A stretch of 64,000 bases of DNA from Ignavibacteria bacterium (GCA_013204605.1 JABMNI010000014.1:55151-119150); one strand, 5' to 3'; shown: positions 1 to 10,866, counted from the first letter of the stretch. The notes: a model not told the origin generated them from the letters alone. Made by a program: numbers and translations.

Positions 1-1590
1 GGAAGGTTTTCAGTGAATAGAACCACCTTCGGCTGTTTTGCAAATGGTAGATGGTCTGCACAGTAATCAATGATTTCTTTGGCGGAAGTATTGGGACCGG
101 TGGGAATTACTAGTGCGCCAACTTCTTCTCCGTACATGTCGTGTTGGAACCCCACGCAGATTCCGGCTTGCACTCCAGGTGCTCGGTTTATCACCTCATC
201 AATCTCAAGCGGGGCCAGGTTTACGCCGCCCCGAATAATCAGCTCCTTGATTCGACCGGTTATGAAGTAATACCGGTTTCCATTTTCATCCAACCGGAAG
301 AATCCTTCGTCGCCCGACCGAAACCACCCATTGGCAAAAGCCTCGTCATTCGCCTTGGGATTGTTATAATATTCTTTCATGATATTCAAACCTCTACTCA
401 CAATTTCACCACGCTCACCTTCCGTTACACCCGTTCCGTTGGCAGTTTGAATGTCCATTTCATTACAGGGCAACGCTATTCCTATAGATGGGTAACCAAA
501 GTCTCGAATCCAACTGTTGTGTTGCGCCTCGCTTAAGGATGTTGGCAAAAAACACGTATAGCACGTTGTTTCACTCAATCCGTAACCATGAATAATTGGA
601 ACTTGGTATAGGTCTTCGAATTTTGCAGCAAGATCACACGTGAGTGGACCGGCACCGCAAATGATGTGTCGAAATCCCGACGCCATTGCATTTAGTGAAT
701 CAGCCTTTGCCTGTACCAGAAATGCAAGTAAGGTTGGAACAACGCTTACAACGTTTACTTGCTCGTCGCAAATAGATGGCCAAAATTTTGTGACAGAAAA
801 TTTTCTATGCAGTACCACGCGACTTCCAACAAGAAAAGGTGCCACATGGGTTACAATGGTGCCATTAACGTGATGCACTGGTAACACGCACATCATAGTT
901 TGAGTTTCATCAATTCCGTGCCACTTTGCAATGTCATAACCATCGGCAAAAAGATTTTGCTGAATTAACACAACACCTTTTGGATTTCCTGTTGTACCCG
1001 AAGTATATACTAACAAGCATTCGTCCCACTGCATATCCTCTTCGTCGTCAACAAAGTGGTGTGGGTCGAATTCCATCACTACGTCTGCCAAAGTGGAATT
1101 TATTTCGGCGGTGTTGAGTTGAAACAATTTGACACTCAATTCTGATTCAAGAATGATTGACGCAATACGAGATTCGAATTCCTGTTTTACTAGAACAACG
1201 CTGCACTTGCTGTTTTCAATAATGTAGCGTAATCTGTTGTCGTCCTCGGACATATTTAGCGGCACCGCACAAGCCCCCTTCAACCAGCATGCAAAATAGG
1301 CGAGAATGGTATCGGGGTGGTTGTAGCTGGCAATGGCTACACGATCACCGCGACGAATGTTCATTGATTGGAGTAAGGTTGCTAATCGGCGGGAAAGATC
1401 GATAAAGTGTTGAAAAGTCCAGCGAGATGTGGTACCGTCTGAATCGATGTAGGTCATCCACTGCTTGTCTGGGAACATTTCCAGATGATGCCTCATTACC
1501 GAGCTCCAACTTCGAAACGGGTAGGTGGCATCGGAAGGAGAAACTCCTTTGGAGAATCTGGCGGAATTAAGTTTTGGGTCGGTAGTCATT
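1..1590 (-). CDS. AMP-dependent acyl-CoA synthetase/ligase (long-chain-fatty-acid--CoA ligase-like). The C-terminus runs off the window start.
   Basis: Minus-strand ORF starts at the ATG whose complement is at 1588-1590. Translation MTTDPKLNSARFSK... contains the AMP-binding signature YTSGTTGNPKGV (rc of ~960-1010) and the downstream GYGLSET motif. It is not in the ORF track because there is no stop inside the window. Confidence 0.8.
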
Positions 1591-1719
1591 AACTTTGAAA
1601 GGGTATGGTTACAATGTGATACGTAGCTGCGCCAAAATTACTAAGCAATGACCACGGAAGGTTGTTTTGTTAGCAGACAATTTTCGACCGCAAACTTTTT
1701 CAACTACGATAGTGACAGA

Positions 1720-2742
1720 ATGATTGATTTACGAAGCGATACATTAACAACGCCGACCGAAGAGATGCGACAAGCAATGGCAAATGCCGTGGTGGGCGAT
1801 GATGTGTACGGCGAAGATGCGACCATTAATCTTTTGCAGCAAACGGTGGCTGATATTTTTGGCAAGGAGCGCGGTTTGTTTGTGCCCAGCGGTACAATGG
1901 GTAATCAGATTTGCATAGCTATTCAAACACAGAGTGCCGACGAGATAATTGCCGATGCTGATGCACACGTGTTTCATTACGAGAACGCCGCTGCGGCAGT
2001 AATTGCGCGTGTTCAAATAAGTGGTATTCAAACTACCAACGGTGAATTCGCGATGGAGGAATTGGAACGTAATATGCGTCCGCCGGCATATTATTATCCA
2101 CGTGTCGGTTTGATCACTGTAGAAAACACCCATCTTCGACATGGTGGTTTGCCGCTTAGTTCGGACTACCTTCGCTCGCTTCGAAAATTTGCCGACGCTC
2201 GCAACATACCTATTCATTGCGACGGTGCACGAATGTGGAACGCCCTTGAAGAATCCGATGTTACGTCGGTAGAAATGGGAGCGTTTTTCGACACCATCAG
2301 CGTCTGCCTTTCCAAGGGGCTTGGAGCTCCCGTGGGCTCCGTAATTGTTGGTACTTCGCAAAACATGGACAAGGCTCTTCGAGTTCGAAAAATGCTGGGG
2401 GGTGGCATGCGGCAGGCTGGAATTTTGGCTGCGGCGGGTCTGTACGGATTGCAGCACATTCGGCCGCTTCTTACAACCGATCACGCGAATGCTCGGCAAT
2501 TTGCGGTCGGTCTGAGTGGCATTAACGGAGTGGCCATAGATCTCGATAGAGTGAAAACAAACATTGTTATGTTTTCGGTAAGGGGCTTACCAGACGACGT
2601 GTTACTGGCAAAAATGCTCGAAAATGGAGTGCGGTTAGCCCCAATTAAACCTGGTGTAATGCGAGCCGTTTTCTATCATCAGATTTCTTCGGAACAGTGC
2701 GCTGCGGCTGTGGAAGGAATTAGAAAATCAGTTGAATCGTAG
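1720..2742 (+). CDS. ltaE: Low-specificity L-threonine aldolase
   Basis: The ORF track has 1648..2742. I prefer the internal Met at 1720 ([16 protein letters not shown]...), which gives ~340 aa, typical for this family. PLP-dependent aldolase motifs are present (DLRSDT..., [18 protein letters not shown]). Confidence 0.8.
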   Translation: MIDLRSDTLTTPTEEMRQAMANAVVGDDVYGEDATINLLQQTVADIFGKERGLFVPSGTMGNQICIAIQTQSADEIIADADAHVFHYENAAAAVIARVQISGIQTTNGEFAMEELERNMRPPAYYYPRVGLITVENTHLRHGGLPLSSDYLRSLRKFADARNIPIHCDGARMWNALEESDVTSVEMGAFFDTISVCLSKGLGAPVGSVIVGTSQNMDKALRVRKMLGGGMRQAGILAAAGLYGLQHIRPLLTTDHANARQFAVGLSGINGVAIDLDRVKTNIVMFSVRGLPDDVLLAKMLENGVRLAPIKPGVMRAVFYHQISSEQCAAAVEGIRKSVES

Positions 2743-2770
2743 ATTTGCACATTGCAATTTGGAGAAACAC

Positions 2771-3265
2771 ATGGTACCATTCGACAAAGACGAGGCAACG
2801 GTTGACCGTGGGCCAACCATCATTGAAGGCCACGGTGAGTTTAGTCATCGTTTACACAGTAGAGTCCGCTCGTATGACGTGGACCGTCAGGGGATTGTAC
2901 ACAACGCCGTGTACTTGTATTGGTTAGAAGCAGCACGGATTGAATATTTCCGAGATTTGGGAATACCAATTGACAAACAGTTCTTCGTAACGAAACACAA
3001 GTTTGTGGTTGTTAAAACGGAAATTGAATATTATAACACCGCTGAATTCGACGACGTGTATACGGTGTATACGCGTGTGCCTTTTGTCAAAAATTCATCG
3101 TTCGGGTTTGAGCACATTATACGAAGTGAAGATGACGAAGTAATAGCGATCGCCAGCAGCGTATTAGTGCATCTCAATCCGGCTAGTAATGTTCCGGAGC
3201 GAATCCCAGATTCGTATCGATCACTTATCAAGGAATTTGAAGGCACGAACGTTTCGTTTGAGTAG
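2771..3265 (+). CDS. Acyl-CoA thioesterase, 4HBT/YbgC-like hotdog fold
   Basis: The ORF is 2732..3265. The likely start is ATG 2771 (MVPFDKDE...). YbgC-like core: VDRQGIVHNAVYLYWLEAARIEYF. Confidence 0.6.
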   Translation: MVPFDKDEATVDRGPTIIEGHGEFSHRLHSRVRSYDVDRQGIVHNAVYLYWLEAARIEYFRDLGIPIDKQFFVTKHKFVVVKTEIEYYNTAEFDDVYTVYTRVPFVKNSSFGFEHIIRSEDDEVIAIASSVLVHLNPASNVPERIPDSYRSLIKEFEGTNVSFE

Positions 3266-3289
3266 GAATCTCAAATTCGAGTAGCTGCC

Positions 3290-3862
3290 TCAAAACTCCA
3301 AGGTGATGAGTGCTCGGTAAATTTCGAATCTCGGCAGATTTGGATCGGCCACCACAATCTGTACAGCCCCCTTTATAAGATTAAGCTGGTCCACCTTGTA
3401 AAACGCCAATCCAAGGCGTCGTGATGCGTTATCGGCACTCCAAGCAAACGGCACAAGTTGACCGTTCACGCCCACGTATTCTCCGCTAAGCCATGAATTG
3501 GCATTCATGCAGTTGGTATAATTTCCATCGCATGGTTTTTTATACGTTGAGAAACACAATTTTCTCACAAACGGAGTGTGAGCCACAGAGGATTTTAGTG
3601 TGTCGGGAAGTTGAAAAATAAATTGTGGAATTGTCACCGCATAATTTGTAGACTGGTCTTCAATCCAAACTGTATTTAGCAACGATGTATCCACAACGAT
3701 AGCCTCGTAAGCACTATCGCCAAAATAGTAGTAGAAACTCAGCCGAGTTGGATGCACGCCACCATCCATGTACAATAACGATCTGTCGACATTTAAATCT
3801 GTCGGCGATTGACATGCAGTTATTGTCAACAATGCAACAAGCGAAATGTAAAGTTTCATCAT
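3290..3862 (-). CDS. Hypothetical lipoprotein, last gene of the sigma/anti-sigma operon
   Basis: 190-aa ORF. N-terminal signal with a lipobox-like LTITAC. It follows the anti-sigma gene immediately (a 1-bp gap). Confidence 0.5.
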   Translation of the reverse strand: MMKLYISLVALLTITACQSPTDLNVDRSLLYMDGGVHPTRLSFYYYFGDSAYEAIVVDTSLLNTVWIEDQSTNYAVTIPQFIFQLPDTLKSSVAHTPFVRKLCFSTYKKPCDGNYTNCMNANSWLSGEYVGVNGQLVPFAWSADNASRRLGLAFYKVDQLNLIKGAVQIVVADPNLPRFEIYRALITLEF

Positions 3863-3863
3863 C

Positions 3864-5078
3864 TTATTTAAGTGCTCCTAAATCAAAGCTGATTCCGTAC
3901 GACATTCCAAATTTTGACGTGCTAAACCACTGACCCTGATATCGGTACATAAGGGTCGAACCATCTAGCCCAGCTGTAATTCTAAGCGGTCCAAACGGTT
4001 GGTAAGCCAATCCAATAGTAGCTCTGCCAAGAGGGCCTTGCGCAAAAGCCGCGCCTACCGTAGCCTCGGCAAACGGACTCACGCCGGGTAAAAACGAAAA
4101 GCTGTTTGCCGTGTAATTGTACGTTCCACCCATCCAAAATAGGACTGGGGTTTGCGTGTACTGGCCCTGTCTGCCATCAACTATTCCATTAAAAACTTGC
4201 TTGAATGATTCCGTGCCCATTTCAATTCCAACCTTATGATTTTCAGCAATTGGTATGAATAGTCCATACGCGGTGTTAGGCAACAATGCGTTTTGCACTG
4301 AAACCGGTGTCATTTCTGAATTGCTAATACCGTTGGCAAGCGTACGGAACCGGACTATTACCGGCTTTCGCTGCGCATCTTCGGAAATATATGAAGCAAG
4401 ATTTTTATTTGGAATTTTGTCCTGGCCTGAAGCGCCATCCATTTGCATTGAAGTTTTCTGAAAGCTCACACTCGCAATTCTCACGTCGGGCACCACAGAT
4501 TCAGATTCGGTATTGCTGTTCGGCGTACTTACTATTTCAGTTGCCGAGGCTTGCAAAACTGGCTGCTCAGCAGGCATTGGAACCCGCACAATTCGAATCG
4601 AAAAAACAGTGTCAACCTTTGGCGCACCGGCAAACGCGGCATCCATCTGAGCTGGCGGCGTTGGAAGTCCGGCGACTGGTTGATTTGCTGACGGATTAAA
4701 AGGGGCTTGACCAATCGCAAGCAATGCCAATAGAACACCACCAGCCACGCTACCAATACTAAGAAGCACACCCTTTACCCATGCCGAATGTGCCGCAACA
4801 ATAGCGGCGGTGTTAGCGCCTGCTGCCACTATAGCGCCTGCACTCGGTGCAAATCCGGCAGCTGCAAGTATCGATGCTTCGTTAGCAGCATAGGGGAAAA
4901 TAGAGTCGCGTTGAACGGCATTGCGAATCGCAATCAAGTCTTTCATTTCGGTACGCAACTCACCGTTCGACGCTAATTCGTTGAACAGAAGTTGCTCGTC
5001 AGAAGCGCGTAACTCTCCATCCATAAAGGCATGAAGCGCTTCGTCTGAGTTAAGGTGTGACATTTGATTATCCATCAT
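3864..5078 (-). CDS. Anti-sigma factor (membrane-spanning) with a C-terminal beta-barrel-like domain
   Basis: 404 aa, immediately downstream of the ECF sigma gene (5083..5676) on the same strand. It has a short cytoplasmic N-terminal domain, a Gly/Ala-rich TM helix (WVKGVLLSIGSVAGGVLLALLAIG) and a long C-terminal domain that ends aromatic-rich (...SYGISFDLGALK). Confidence 0.6.
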   Translation of the reverse strand: MMDNQMSHLNSDEALHAFMDGELRASDEQLLFNELASNGELRTEMKDLIAIRNAVQRDSIFPYAANEASILAAAGFAPSAGAIVAAGANTAAIVAAHSAWVKGVLLSIGSVAGGVLLALLAIGQAPFNPSANQPVAGLPTPPAQMDAAFAGAPKVDTVFSIRIVRVPMPAEQPVLQASATEIVSTPNSNTESESVVPDVRIASVSFQKTSMQMDGASGQDKIPNKNLASYISEDAQRKPVIVRFRTLANGISNSEMTPVSVQNALLPNTAYGLFIPIAENHKVGIEMGTESFKQVFNGIVDGRQGQYTQTPVLFWMGGTYNYTANSFSFLPGVSPFAEATVGAAFAQGPLGRATIGLAYQPFGPLRITAGLDGSTLMYRYQGQWFSTSKFGMSYGISFDLGALK

Positions 5079-5082
5079 GATT

Positions 5083-5676
5083 TTATTTTCTGTGTAAATC
5101 CTCTAAATATGGAGCAAGAATATCTCGAAGTTTCTTTTTTGCTCTAAAAATTCGAACCTTAACAACATCAAGTGATTCTCCGATAATCTCGGAAATCTCG
5201 TTGTAAGAAAGCCCATTGTATTCTCTCAAAACGAAGGCTTCGCGATAATCTTCTGGTAATAACTCTAAGGCTGTTTGAATGAGTTGCAACAACTCTTTTT
5301 GTTCATACGGAACATCACGCACCATTAAGTGAAAGTCCTCTACTTCTACAAATTGTCTTTTTGCTCGAGACCGGTGCGACAAACACAAATTGCGTGCAAT
5401 CGTCATCAGGTAAGCCGGGAAGTTCTCCACTTCACGTGACTTCTTCCCTGAGTCGAATAGCTTCACAAACGTCTCTTGTAAAATATCTTCGGCGGTATGG
5501 TTATCGCCTAAAATTTTTCTACAATACGTATAGATTCTTTGGGAATATCTCCGATACAACGTGGTCAATGCAGCTTGCGCAACATGGTCTGCTTCAGACA
5601 GTTTTGCAAACAGTTCAAGATCCGGTGGGTCGAAAACCTCAATCTTGTACTGTTTATGCATTGTACCTACCGCCAT
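5083..5676 (-). CDS. RNA polymerase ECF-type sigma-70 factor
   Basis: 197 aa. Sigma-70 region 2 (YRRYSQRIYTYCRKILGDNHTAEDILQETFVKLF) and region 4 (DYREAFVLREYNGLSYNEISEIIGESLDVVKVRIFRAKKKLR). Confidence 0.8.
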   Translation of the reverse strand: MAVGTMHKQYKIEVFDPPDLELFAKLSEADHVAQAALTTLYRRYSQRIYTYCRKILGDNHTAEDILQETFVKLFDSGKKSREVENFPAYLMTIARNLCLSHRSRAKRQFVEVEDFHLMVRDVPYEQKELLQLIQTALELLPEDYREAFVLREYNGLSYNEISEIIGESLDVVKVRIFRAKKKLRDILAPYLEDLHRK

Positions 5677-5766
5677 TGGTTCCCTTTAAACACTTCGAAC
5701 GCATAGACTAAGGTAGTTGCATGGTGTTACAGTGATTACTTGTTATCATGTCATAATTTAGCTACT

Positions 5767-7275
5767 ATGACAGACAATCAACGTTTAGTGAACAGCCTCT
5801 TTATGATCCGGGCAGATGCAGAATTCTGGGATCAAGAGCAGTATCGAGATAAAATCAATGGTTGGATTGACAAAGGAATAGGTGGAATTGGCGTTTTCAA
5901 AGGAGAACTTGAACAAACCGCCGGTATGATCCAAGATTTTCAGCGTAGAGGGGGACACAACCTGTTAATCGGCGCAGATTTGGAGTACGGGCTGCCAATG
6001 CGACTGGATGGTGGTATTGCATATCCTCGTGCCATGGCCCTGGGCAAGACGGTTTCCGGTGTAACATACCGAGTAGCTGAGTGCATCGCACTCGAGGCCA
6101 AAGCAATTGGAATCCACTGGAATTGGGCGCCGGTTGCCGATATAAATAGTAATGCCGACAACCCAATCATAAATACCAGAAGTTTTGGTGAGGATCCTGC
6201 AACCGTCAGTGATCACGTTGTGGCATTTGTAGATGGATTACAAAAAATGGGATTGCTGGCCTGTGTTAAACACTTCCCAGGTCACGGTGATACGTCTACC
6301 GATAGTCATATTTCCATCCCCGAAATCACAATCTCCGCAGCTGTAATGGCAAAACGTGAATACCTCCCATTTAAACGAGCCATCGAACAAGGTGTACGCA
6401 GTTTAATGGTTGGCCACATAGTTGTCCCGTTTTTCGATGAGAAACTTCCCGCCTCCTTAAACTCAAAAGTGATAACTGACTTAGTAAAGGGAAAGTGGGG
6501 CTTTAGTGGTCTGGTGGTTACCGATGCACTCGACATGGGCGCAATTACCGCCAATTACTCATCAGCGCAGGCAGCCGTGCTGGCAGTTCAGGCCGGCGCC
6601 GATGTAATTCTAATGCCCGCCGACACAGAAATGGCAACAACTGCAGTGCTGAATGAGTTTGAGAAGGGGGCTATCCCAGAAAGCAGAATTCAAGATGCGT
6701 TGGCTAGATGGAAGGGTGCAAAAGACTTTGTTATGCCTAAGCCCCGACGCCCTCAAGAACCAATTGTAATAGATCAATCCGCTCATGCTCAAATTGCACT
6801 CAAAGCCGCCGATAGGGCAATTAATGTTGTTGGAAATGCCGAATTGCTTCCCATTACACAGCACGCACATGTTGCAGCCTTTGCCGTGATAAATGAAAAC
6901 GAAGGTGTTTCAGCAACTACTTTTTTCAATTATATAGCTCAAGCCACTGAGGGGAATATTGATTTTGGATTTATTGACGGCTCGATGTCAGATGCAGATT
7001 TGAATGAATTGATTTCCGGCACAGCTGGTGCCGAGGTGTTCGTTTTTGCATTTTTCGGGAAAGCTGTCGCTTATCAGGGTAATATTCAGGAGCTTGAAAA
7101 TCTGCCACGAATATTTGAAAAACTCAGGGGAGGAAAACCGTGCATCGTAGTTGCATGTGGTAGTCCGTATGGAATCGAGAATGTTGCTTCTGATTGCACG
7201 TTGTACACCTATTCCGACACTACGCCCTCCATTGCTGCGTCGGTGCTCCGCTTAATCGGACGCAGTCCAGAATAA
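5767..7275 (+). CDS. nagZ: Glycoside hydrolase family 3 beta-N-acetylhexosaminidase (NagZ-like)
   Basis: ORF 5740..7275. I prefer the ATG at 5767. Contains KHFPGHGDTSTDSH and VVTDALDMGA, both typical of GH3 NagZ. Confidence 0.8.
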   Translation: MTDNQRLVNSLFMIRADAEFWDQEQYRDKINGWIDKGIGGIGVFKGELEQTAGMIQDFQRRGGHNLLIGADLEYGLPMRLDGGIAYPRAMALGKTVSGVTYRVAECIALEAKAIGIHWNWAPVADINSNADNPIINTRSFGEDPATVSDHVVAFVDGLQKMGLLACVKHFPGHGDTSTDSHISIPEITISAAVMAKREYLPFKRAIEQGVRSLMVGHIVVPFFDEKLPASLNSKVITDLVKGKWGFSGLVVTDALDMGAITANYSSAQAAVLAVQAGADVILMPADTEMATTAVLNEFEKGAIPESRIQDALARWKGAKDFVMPKPRRPQEPIVIDQSAHAQIALKAADRAINVVGNAELLPITQHAHVAAFAVINENEGVSATTFFNYIAQATEGNIDFGFIDGSMSDADLNELISGTAGAEVFVFAFFGKAVAYQGNIQELENLPRIFEKLRGGKPCIVVACGSPYGIENVASDCTLYTYSDTTPSIAASVLRLIGRSPE

Positions 7276-7385
7276 TTATCGTATTTTTACCGATAATTAG
7301 TTGGATACAGATTGAGAATGCGCTACAAAGCCCGCGGATAAGGACTTTGAAAGAATTCACAATTATCACCTAAAAGTTGATATTC

Positions 7386-8405
7386 ATGAAAGTAATGGTA
7401 ACGGGCGGGGCGGGTTTTATAGGCAGCAACCTTGTAAGGTACCTGCTTAACAACACTGCAATGGATATCGTTATTGTGGATTCGTTAACATACGCCGGAA
7501 ATCTTGAGAGTATTAGCGACTGCCTGAAATCTGATAGAGTTTCGTTCAATCACGTTGATATTTCTGACAAGATTGCAGTAGACTTCCTTTTCACTTCTAC
7601 CAATTTTGTTGGAGTATTTCACTTGGCGGCTGAGTCGCACGTTGACCGATCAATTGTAGATTCATCGCCATTTTATAACACCAATGTTATAGGCACGCTA
7701 AACTTATTGGACAACGTGGTAAAACACAACACTCCACGATTTGTTCACGTATCAACGGATGAAGTGTACGGCTCCTTGACGACTGGTGAAGCCCCTTTCA
7801 CGGAAACTAATTTACTACTTCCAAGCAGCCCTTATGCGGCTTCGAAAGCTGCATCGGATTTGTTAGTGCGGTCCTACGTTGTTACGCATGGTGCAGACTG
7901 CGTGATTACACGTTGTTCCAATAACTATGGGCCGTATCAATTTCCGGAAAAACTCATTCCGCTGATGATATTGAATGCGTTTGAGGGTAGGGAACTACCG
8001 GTATATGGAGACGGGCAGCAGGTGCGCGACTGGATACACGTTGAAGATCATTGCGCCGGATTGTTGGCGGCATTTTCTCTTGGAAAGGCCGGTGAAGTGT
8101 ATAACCTAGGTGGTATCACAGAACTACAAAATATGGAAGTAGTGAGGAGTATCGTGACACTTACCGGTGCATCTGATGAGTTGATTACAAGAGTTACGGA
8201 TAGGAAGGGGCACGACAGACGGTATGCTATGGATATTTCAAAGGCGACCACCCAGCTGAACTGGAGGCCGATTGTTGGTTTTGCTGTTGGCTTGAAAAAT
8301 ACAGTTGATTGGTATAGCGCAAACAAGGAATGGACGAATCACGTAAGAACCGGTGAGTATAAACTGTTTTACGAAAAAAATTACAACGCGAAATTCAAGG
8401 AATAA
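7386..8405 (+). CDS. rfbB: dTDP-glucose 4,6-dehydratase
   Basis: The ORF starts at TTG 7377. I prefer the ATG at 7386 (MKVMVTGGAGFIGSN). SDR extended-family motifs: TDEVYG, PYAASKAASD, CSNNYGPYQFPEKLIP, VRDWIHVEDH. Confidence 0.85.
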   Translation: MKVMVTGGAGFIGSNLVRYLLNNTAMDIVIVDSLTYAGNLESISDCLKSDRVSFNHVDISDKIAVDFLFTSTNFVGVFHLAAESHVDRSIVDSSPFYNTNVIGTLNLLDNVVKHNTPRFVHVSTDEVYGSLTTGEAPFTETNLLLPSSPYAASKAASDLLVRSYVVTHGADCVITRCSNNYGPYQFPEKLIPLMILNAFEGRELPVYGDGQQVRDWIHVEDHCAGLLAAFSLGKAGEVYNLGGITELQNMEVVRSIVTLTGASDELITRVTDRKGHDRRYAMDISKATTQLNWRPIVGFAVGLKNTVDWYSANKEWTNHVRTGEYKLFYEKNYNAKFKE

Positions 8406-8407
8406 TA

Positions 8408-9781
8408 ATGGCAGTAAGAAGAAGAGGCCGACCCCGTAAGAATGTTTCGTCGCATGAAAAACAATTGATGTCGAAAATTATTGACGGCTCATGCACCGTT
8501 GGTGTTGTTGGGCTGGGGTACGTAGGCTTGCCACTAGCGCTTGAGTTTGCAAAGAAAGGTATTAACACAATCGGATTCGATGTTGATACCACGAAGATCA
8601 AGCAGTTGAATAAAGGCAAGAACTACATTCAAGATTTGAACGCGGACGAAATTTATGATGTAGTGAAGCGCAAAAAGACCTTGCGTTCCACGTTGGATTT
8701 TGCGGAGTGCAGCGAGTGCGATGTGATTTACATTTGTGTTCCAACGCCTTTTACACCAAATAAAGAGCCCGACATTTCACACGTGCTCCAATCTGCTACG
8801 GCGGTTGCGAAAGCTATGAAACCGGGTCAGTTGGTGATCTTGAAAAGCACTACGTTTCCGGGCACCACAGAAAAATTTGTCAAGCCAATACTGGATGCAT
8901 CAGGTAACAAATGTGGTCAAACGTATTTCTTGGCTTTCTCACCCGAAAGAATTGATCCAGGAAACAAAAAGTGGAATACGAACAACACGCCGGTTGTGGT
9001 GGGGGGAGTTACCGATGCCTGTACCGATTTAGCAATAGCAATCAACAAACAGATAATTGCTGAGATTGTTCCTGTAAGCTCACCTAGTGTTGCTGAAATG
9101 GAAAAACTACTCGAGAACATTTTCCGCAGTGTAAACATTGCACTTGTGAACGAATTAGCGCAATTGTGCGATCGGATTGGAGTGAACATTTGGGAAGTTG
9201 TTGATGCCGCTTCTACCAAACCGTTTGGTTTTATGCCGTTCTATCCGGGGCCGGGCATTGGTGGACACTGCATACTCATTGATCCGTACTACCTTTCTTG
9301 GATGGCGCGTGAATACGACTTTGTGACAAACTTCATCACGCTTGCTGCCGAAGTTAATGAGTCGATGCCCTTCTATGTGCGATCAATGATCGAACGTGAA
9401 ATTGCAAAACAAACAGTAACCATGAAGAAGGCGAAAGTTTTGCTATTGGGTATGGCCTTCAAGAAAGATGTCGATGATTTGCGACACTCGCCCGCGTTAA
9501 AGGTGGCCGAATTGTTATTTGATGATGGAATCAATAATGTTTCGTACTACGATCCATTTATTCCATCGGTTGAAATTCATGGCAAAACATTGAAGAGCAG
9601 AAAAGAGCTAACTGCTACAAATCTGAAACGTCATGACGTTGTGGTTATTACCACCGATCATAGTTCCTTTGATATCGAGATGATCGTAAAGAATTCAAAG
9701 GTTGTAATCGACACAAGAAACGCAACGAAGAATGTTGGTGGACCACGAAGAAACATCGTGTTGCTAGGGGATGGTGAATGA
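8408..9781 (+). CDS. wecC: UDP-N-acetyl-D-mannosamine (nucleotide-sugar) dehydrogenase
   Basis: Rossmann motif VGVVGLGYVGLPLALEFA. UDP-glucose/GDP-mannose dehydrogenase family, adjacent to wecB. ATG 8408 sits 2 nt after the rfbB stop with an AAGGA upstream. An alternative start at ATG 8468 (MSKII...) would remove a basic, AT-hook-like N-terminal extension (RRRGRPRK). Confidence 0.8.
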   Translation: MAVRRRGRPRKNVSSHEKQLMSKIIDGSCTVGVVGLGYVGLPLALEFAKKGINTIGFDVDTTKIKQLNKGKNYIQDLNADEIYDVVKRKKTLRSTLDFAECSECDVIYICVPTPFTPNKEPDISHVLQSATAVAKAMKPGQLVILKSTTFPGTTEKFVKPILDASGNKCGQTYFLAFSPERIDPGNKKWNTNNTPVVVGGVTDACTDLAIAINKQIIAEIVPVSSPSVAEMEKLLENIFRSVNIALVNELAQLCDRIGVNIWEVVDAASTKPFGFMPFYPGPGIGGHCILIDPYYLSWMAREYDFVTNFITLAAEVNESMPFYVRSMIEREIAKQTVTMKKAKVLLLGMAFKKDVDDLRHSPALKVAELLFDDGINNVSYYDPFIPSVEIHGKTLKSRKELTATNLKRHDVVVITTDHSSFDIEMIVKNSKVVIDTRNATKNVGGPRRNIVLLGDGE

Positions 9782-10866
9782 AAAAAATTATCAGTGTTGT
9801 TGGAGCCCGACCCAATTTTGTAAAGGTGGCACCAATCCATCGGGCCTTTTTGAAAAAATCAGAGCTGTTTGACCATCGCATAATTCATACTGGTCAGCAT
9901 TACGACGCCACAATGTCGGACGCTTTTTTCACAGACTTAGAAATGCCTCAACCATCTTGGTTTTTAGGTGTCGGCAGCGGCAGTCACGCCGAACAGTCCG
10001 CACGCGTTATGGTAGGATTTGAAAAAGTATGTTTAGAGCACCAGCCCGATTACATAATAGTTGTGGGCGATGTTAACAGCACCGTTGCCTGTGCTCTTAC
10101 AAGCGTAAAAATGGGTATCACCACAGCACACGTTGAATCGGGTCTGCGTTCGTATGACCGCGCCATGCCCGAAGAAATTAACCGCATGGCCACCGACGCT
10201 ATCGTGGACCATCTATTCGTAACAGAAGAATCGGGTAGGGTAAACTTGTTGCGGGAGGGGGCTAGTCCAGACAGGATATTCTTTGTTGGAAATACAATGA
10301 TCGACTCGCTGCTTAACGCAGTTCCTGCGGCTAACAACAGTACCATACTCAAACGCCTGAGCGCTACACCTAAAGAATATGTGTTGGTTACGCTGCACAG
10401 ACCGAGCAACGTTGACATCCCTGAGCAATTACAAATGCTAACGAGGGTATTGGAAAATGTAGCACAGAGTACACCAATAATATTTCCAGTGCATCCTCGC
10501 ACAAGAAAGATGCTAGCAGAAATTGGGTTCGCCCCCTCCAAAAACATAACCATTATCGATCCGGTTGGATATATCGACTTTCTATGCCTTATGAAGAACA
10601 GTAAGGTTGTGTTGACAGATTCGGGCGGAATTCAGGAGGAAACTACCGCGTTAGGAGTGGCCTGTGTAACAGCGCGGACCTCAACTGAGCGCCCGAGCAC
10701 CATTGAGTTGGGCACAAACATATTGGTCCAGCCCACCGAGAAGGGAATTCTGGCTGGGATTAGGGAATCGCTAGCCGGCAGGTCTCGCAGTGCCTCGGTG
10801 CCGCCACTTTGGGACGGAAATGCGGCCGATCGCATCGTGGACGTGGTTGCAAGGCACTATTCTTAA
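9778..10866 (+). CDS. wecB: UDP-N-acetylglucosamine 2-epimerase (non-hydrolysing)
   Basis: MKKIISVVGARPNFVKVAPI..., HTGQHYD, and the DSGGIQEETTALGVAC motif. Confidence 0.9.
   Translation: MKKIISVVGARPNFVKVAPIHRAFLKKSELFDHRIIHTGQHYDATMSDAFFTDLEMPQPSWFLGVGSGSHAEQSARVMVGFEKVCLEHQPDYIIVVGDVNSTVACALTSVKMGITTAHVESGLRSYDRAMPEEINRMATDAIVDHLFVTEESGRVNLLREGASPDRIFFVGNTMIDSLLNAVPAANNSTILKRLSATPKEYVLVTLHRPSNVDIPEQLQMLTRVLENVAQSTPIIFPVHPRTRKMLAEIGFAPSKNITIIDPVGYIDFLCLMKNSKVVLTDSGGIQEETTALGVACVTARTSTERPSTIELGTNILVQPTEKGILAGIRESLAGRSRSASVPPLWDGNAADRIVDVVARHYS

Noticed and set aside
1744-2499. 251-aa minus-strand ORF antisense to the threonine aldolase gene
   Set aside because: It is wholly contained within a well-supported plus-strand gene, with no motifs. 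Typical antisense ORF in GC-balanced DNA.
7276-7330. AT-rich inverted repeat AATTATCG-(9 nt)-CGATAATT after nagZ as a terminator
   Set aside because: The stem is weak and all A/T, and no clear T-tract follows. Not convincing enough to call.
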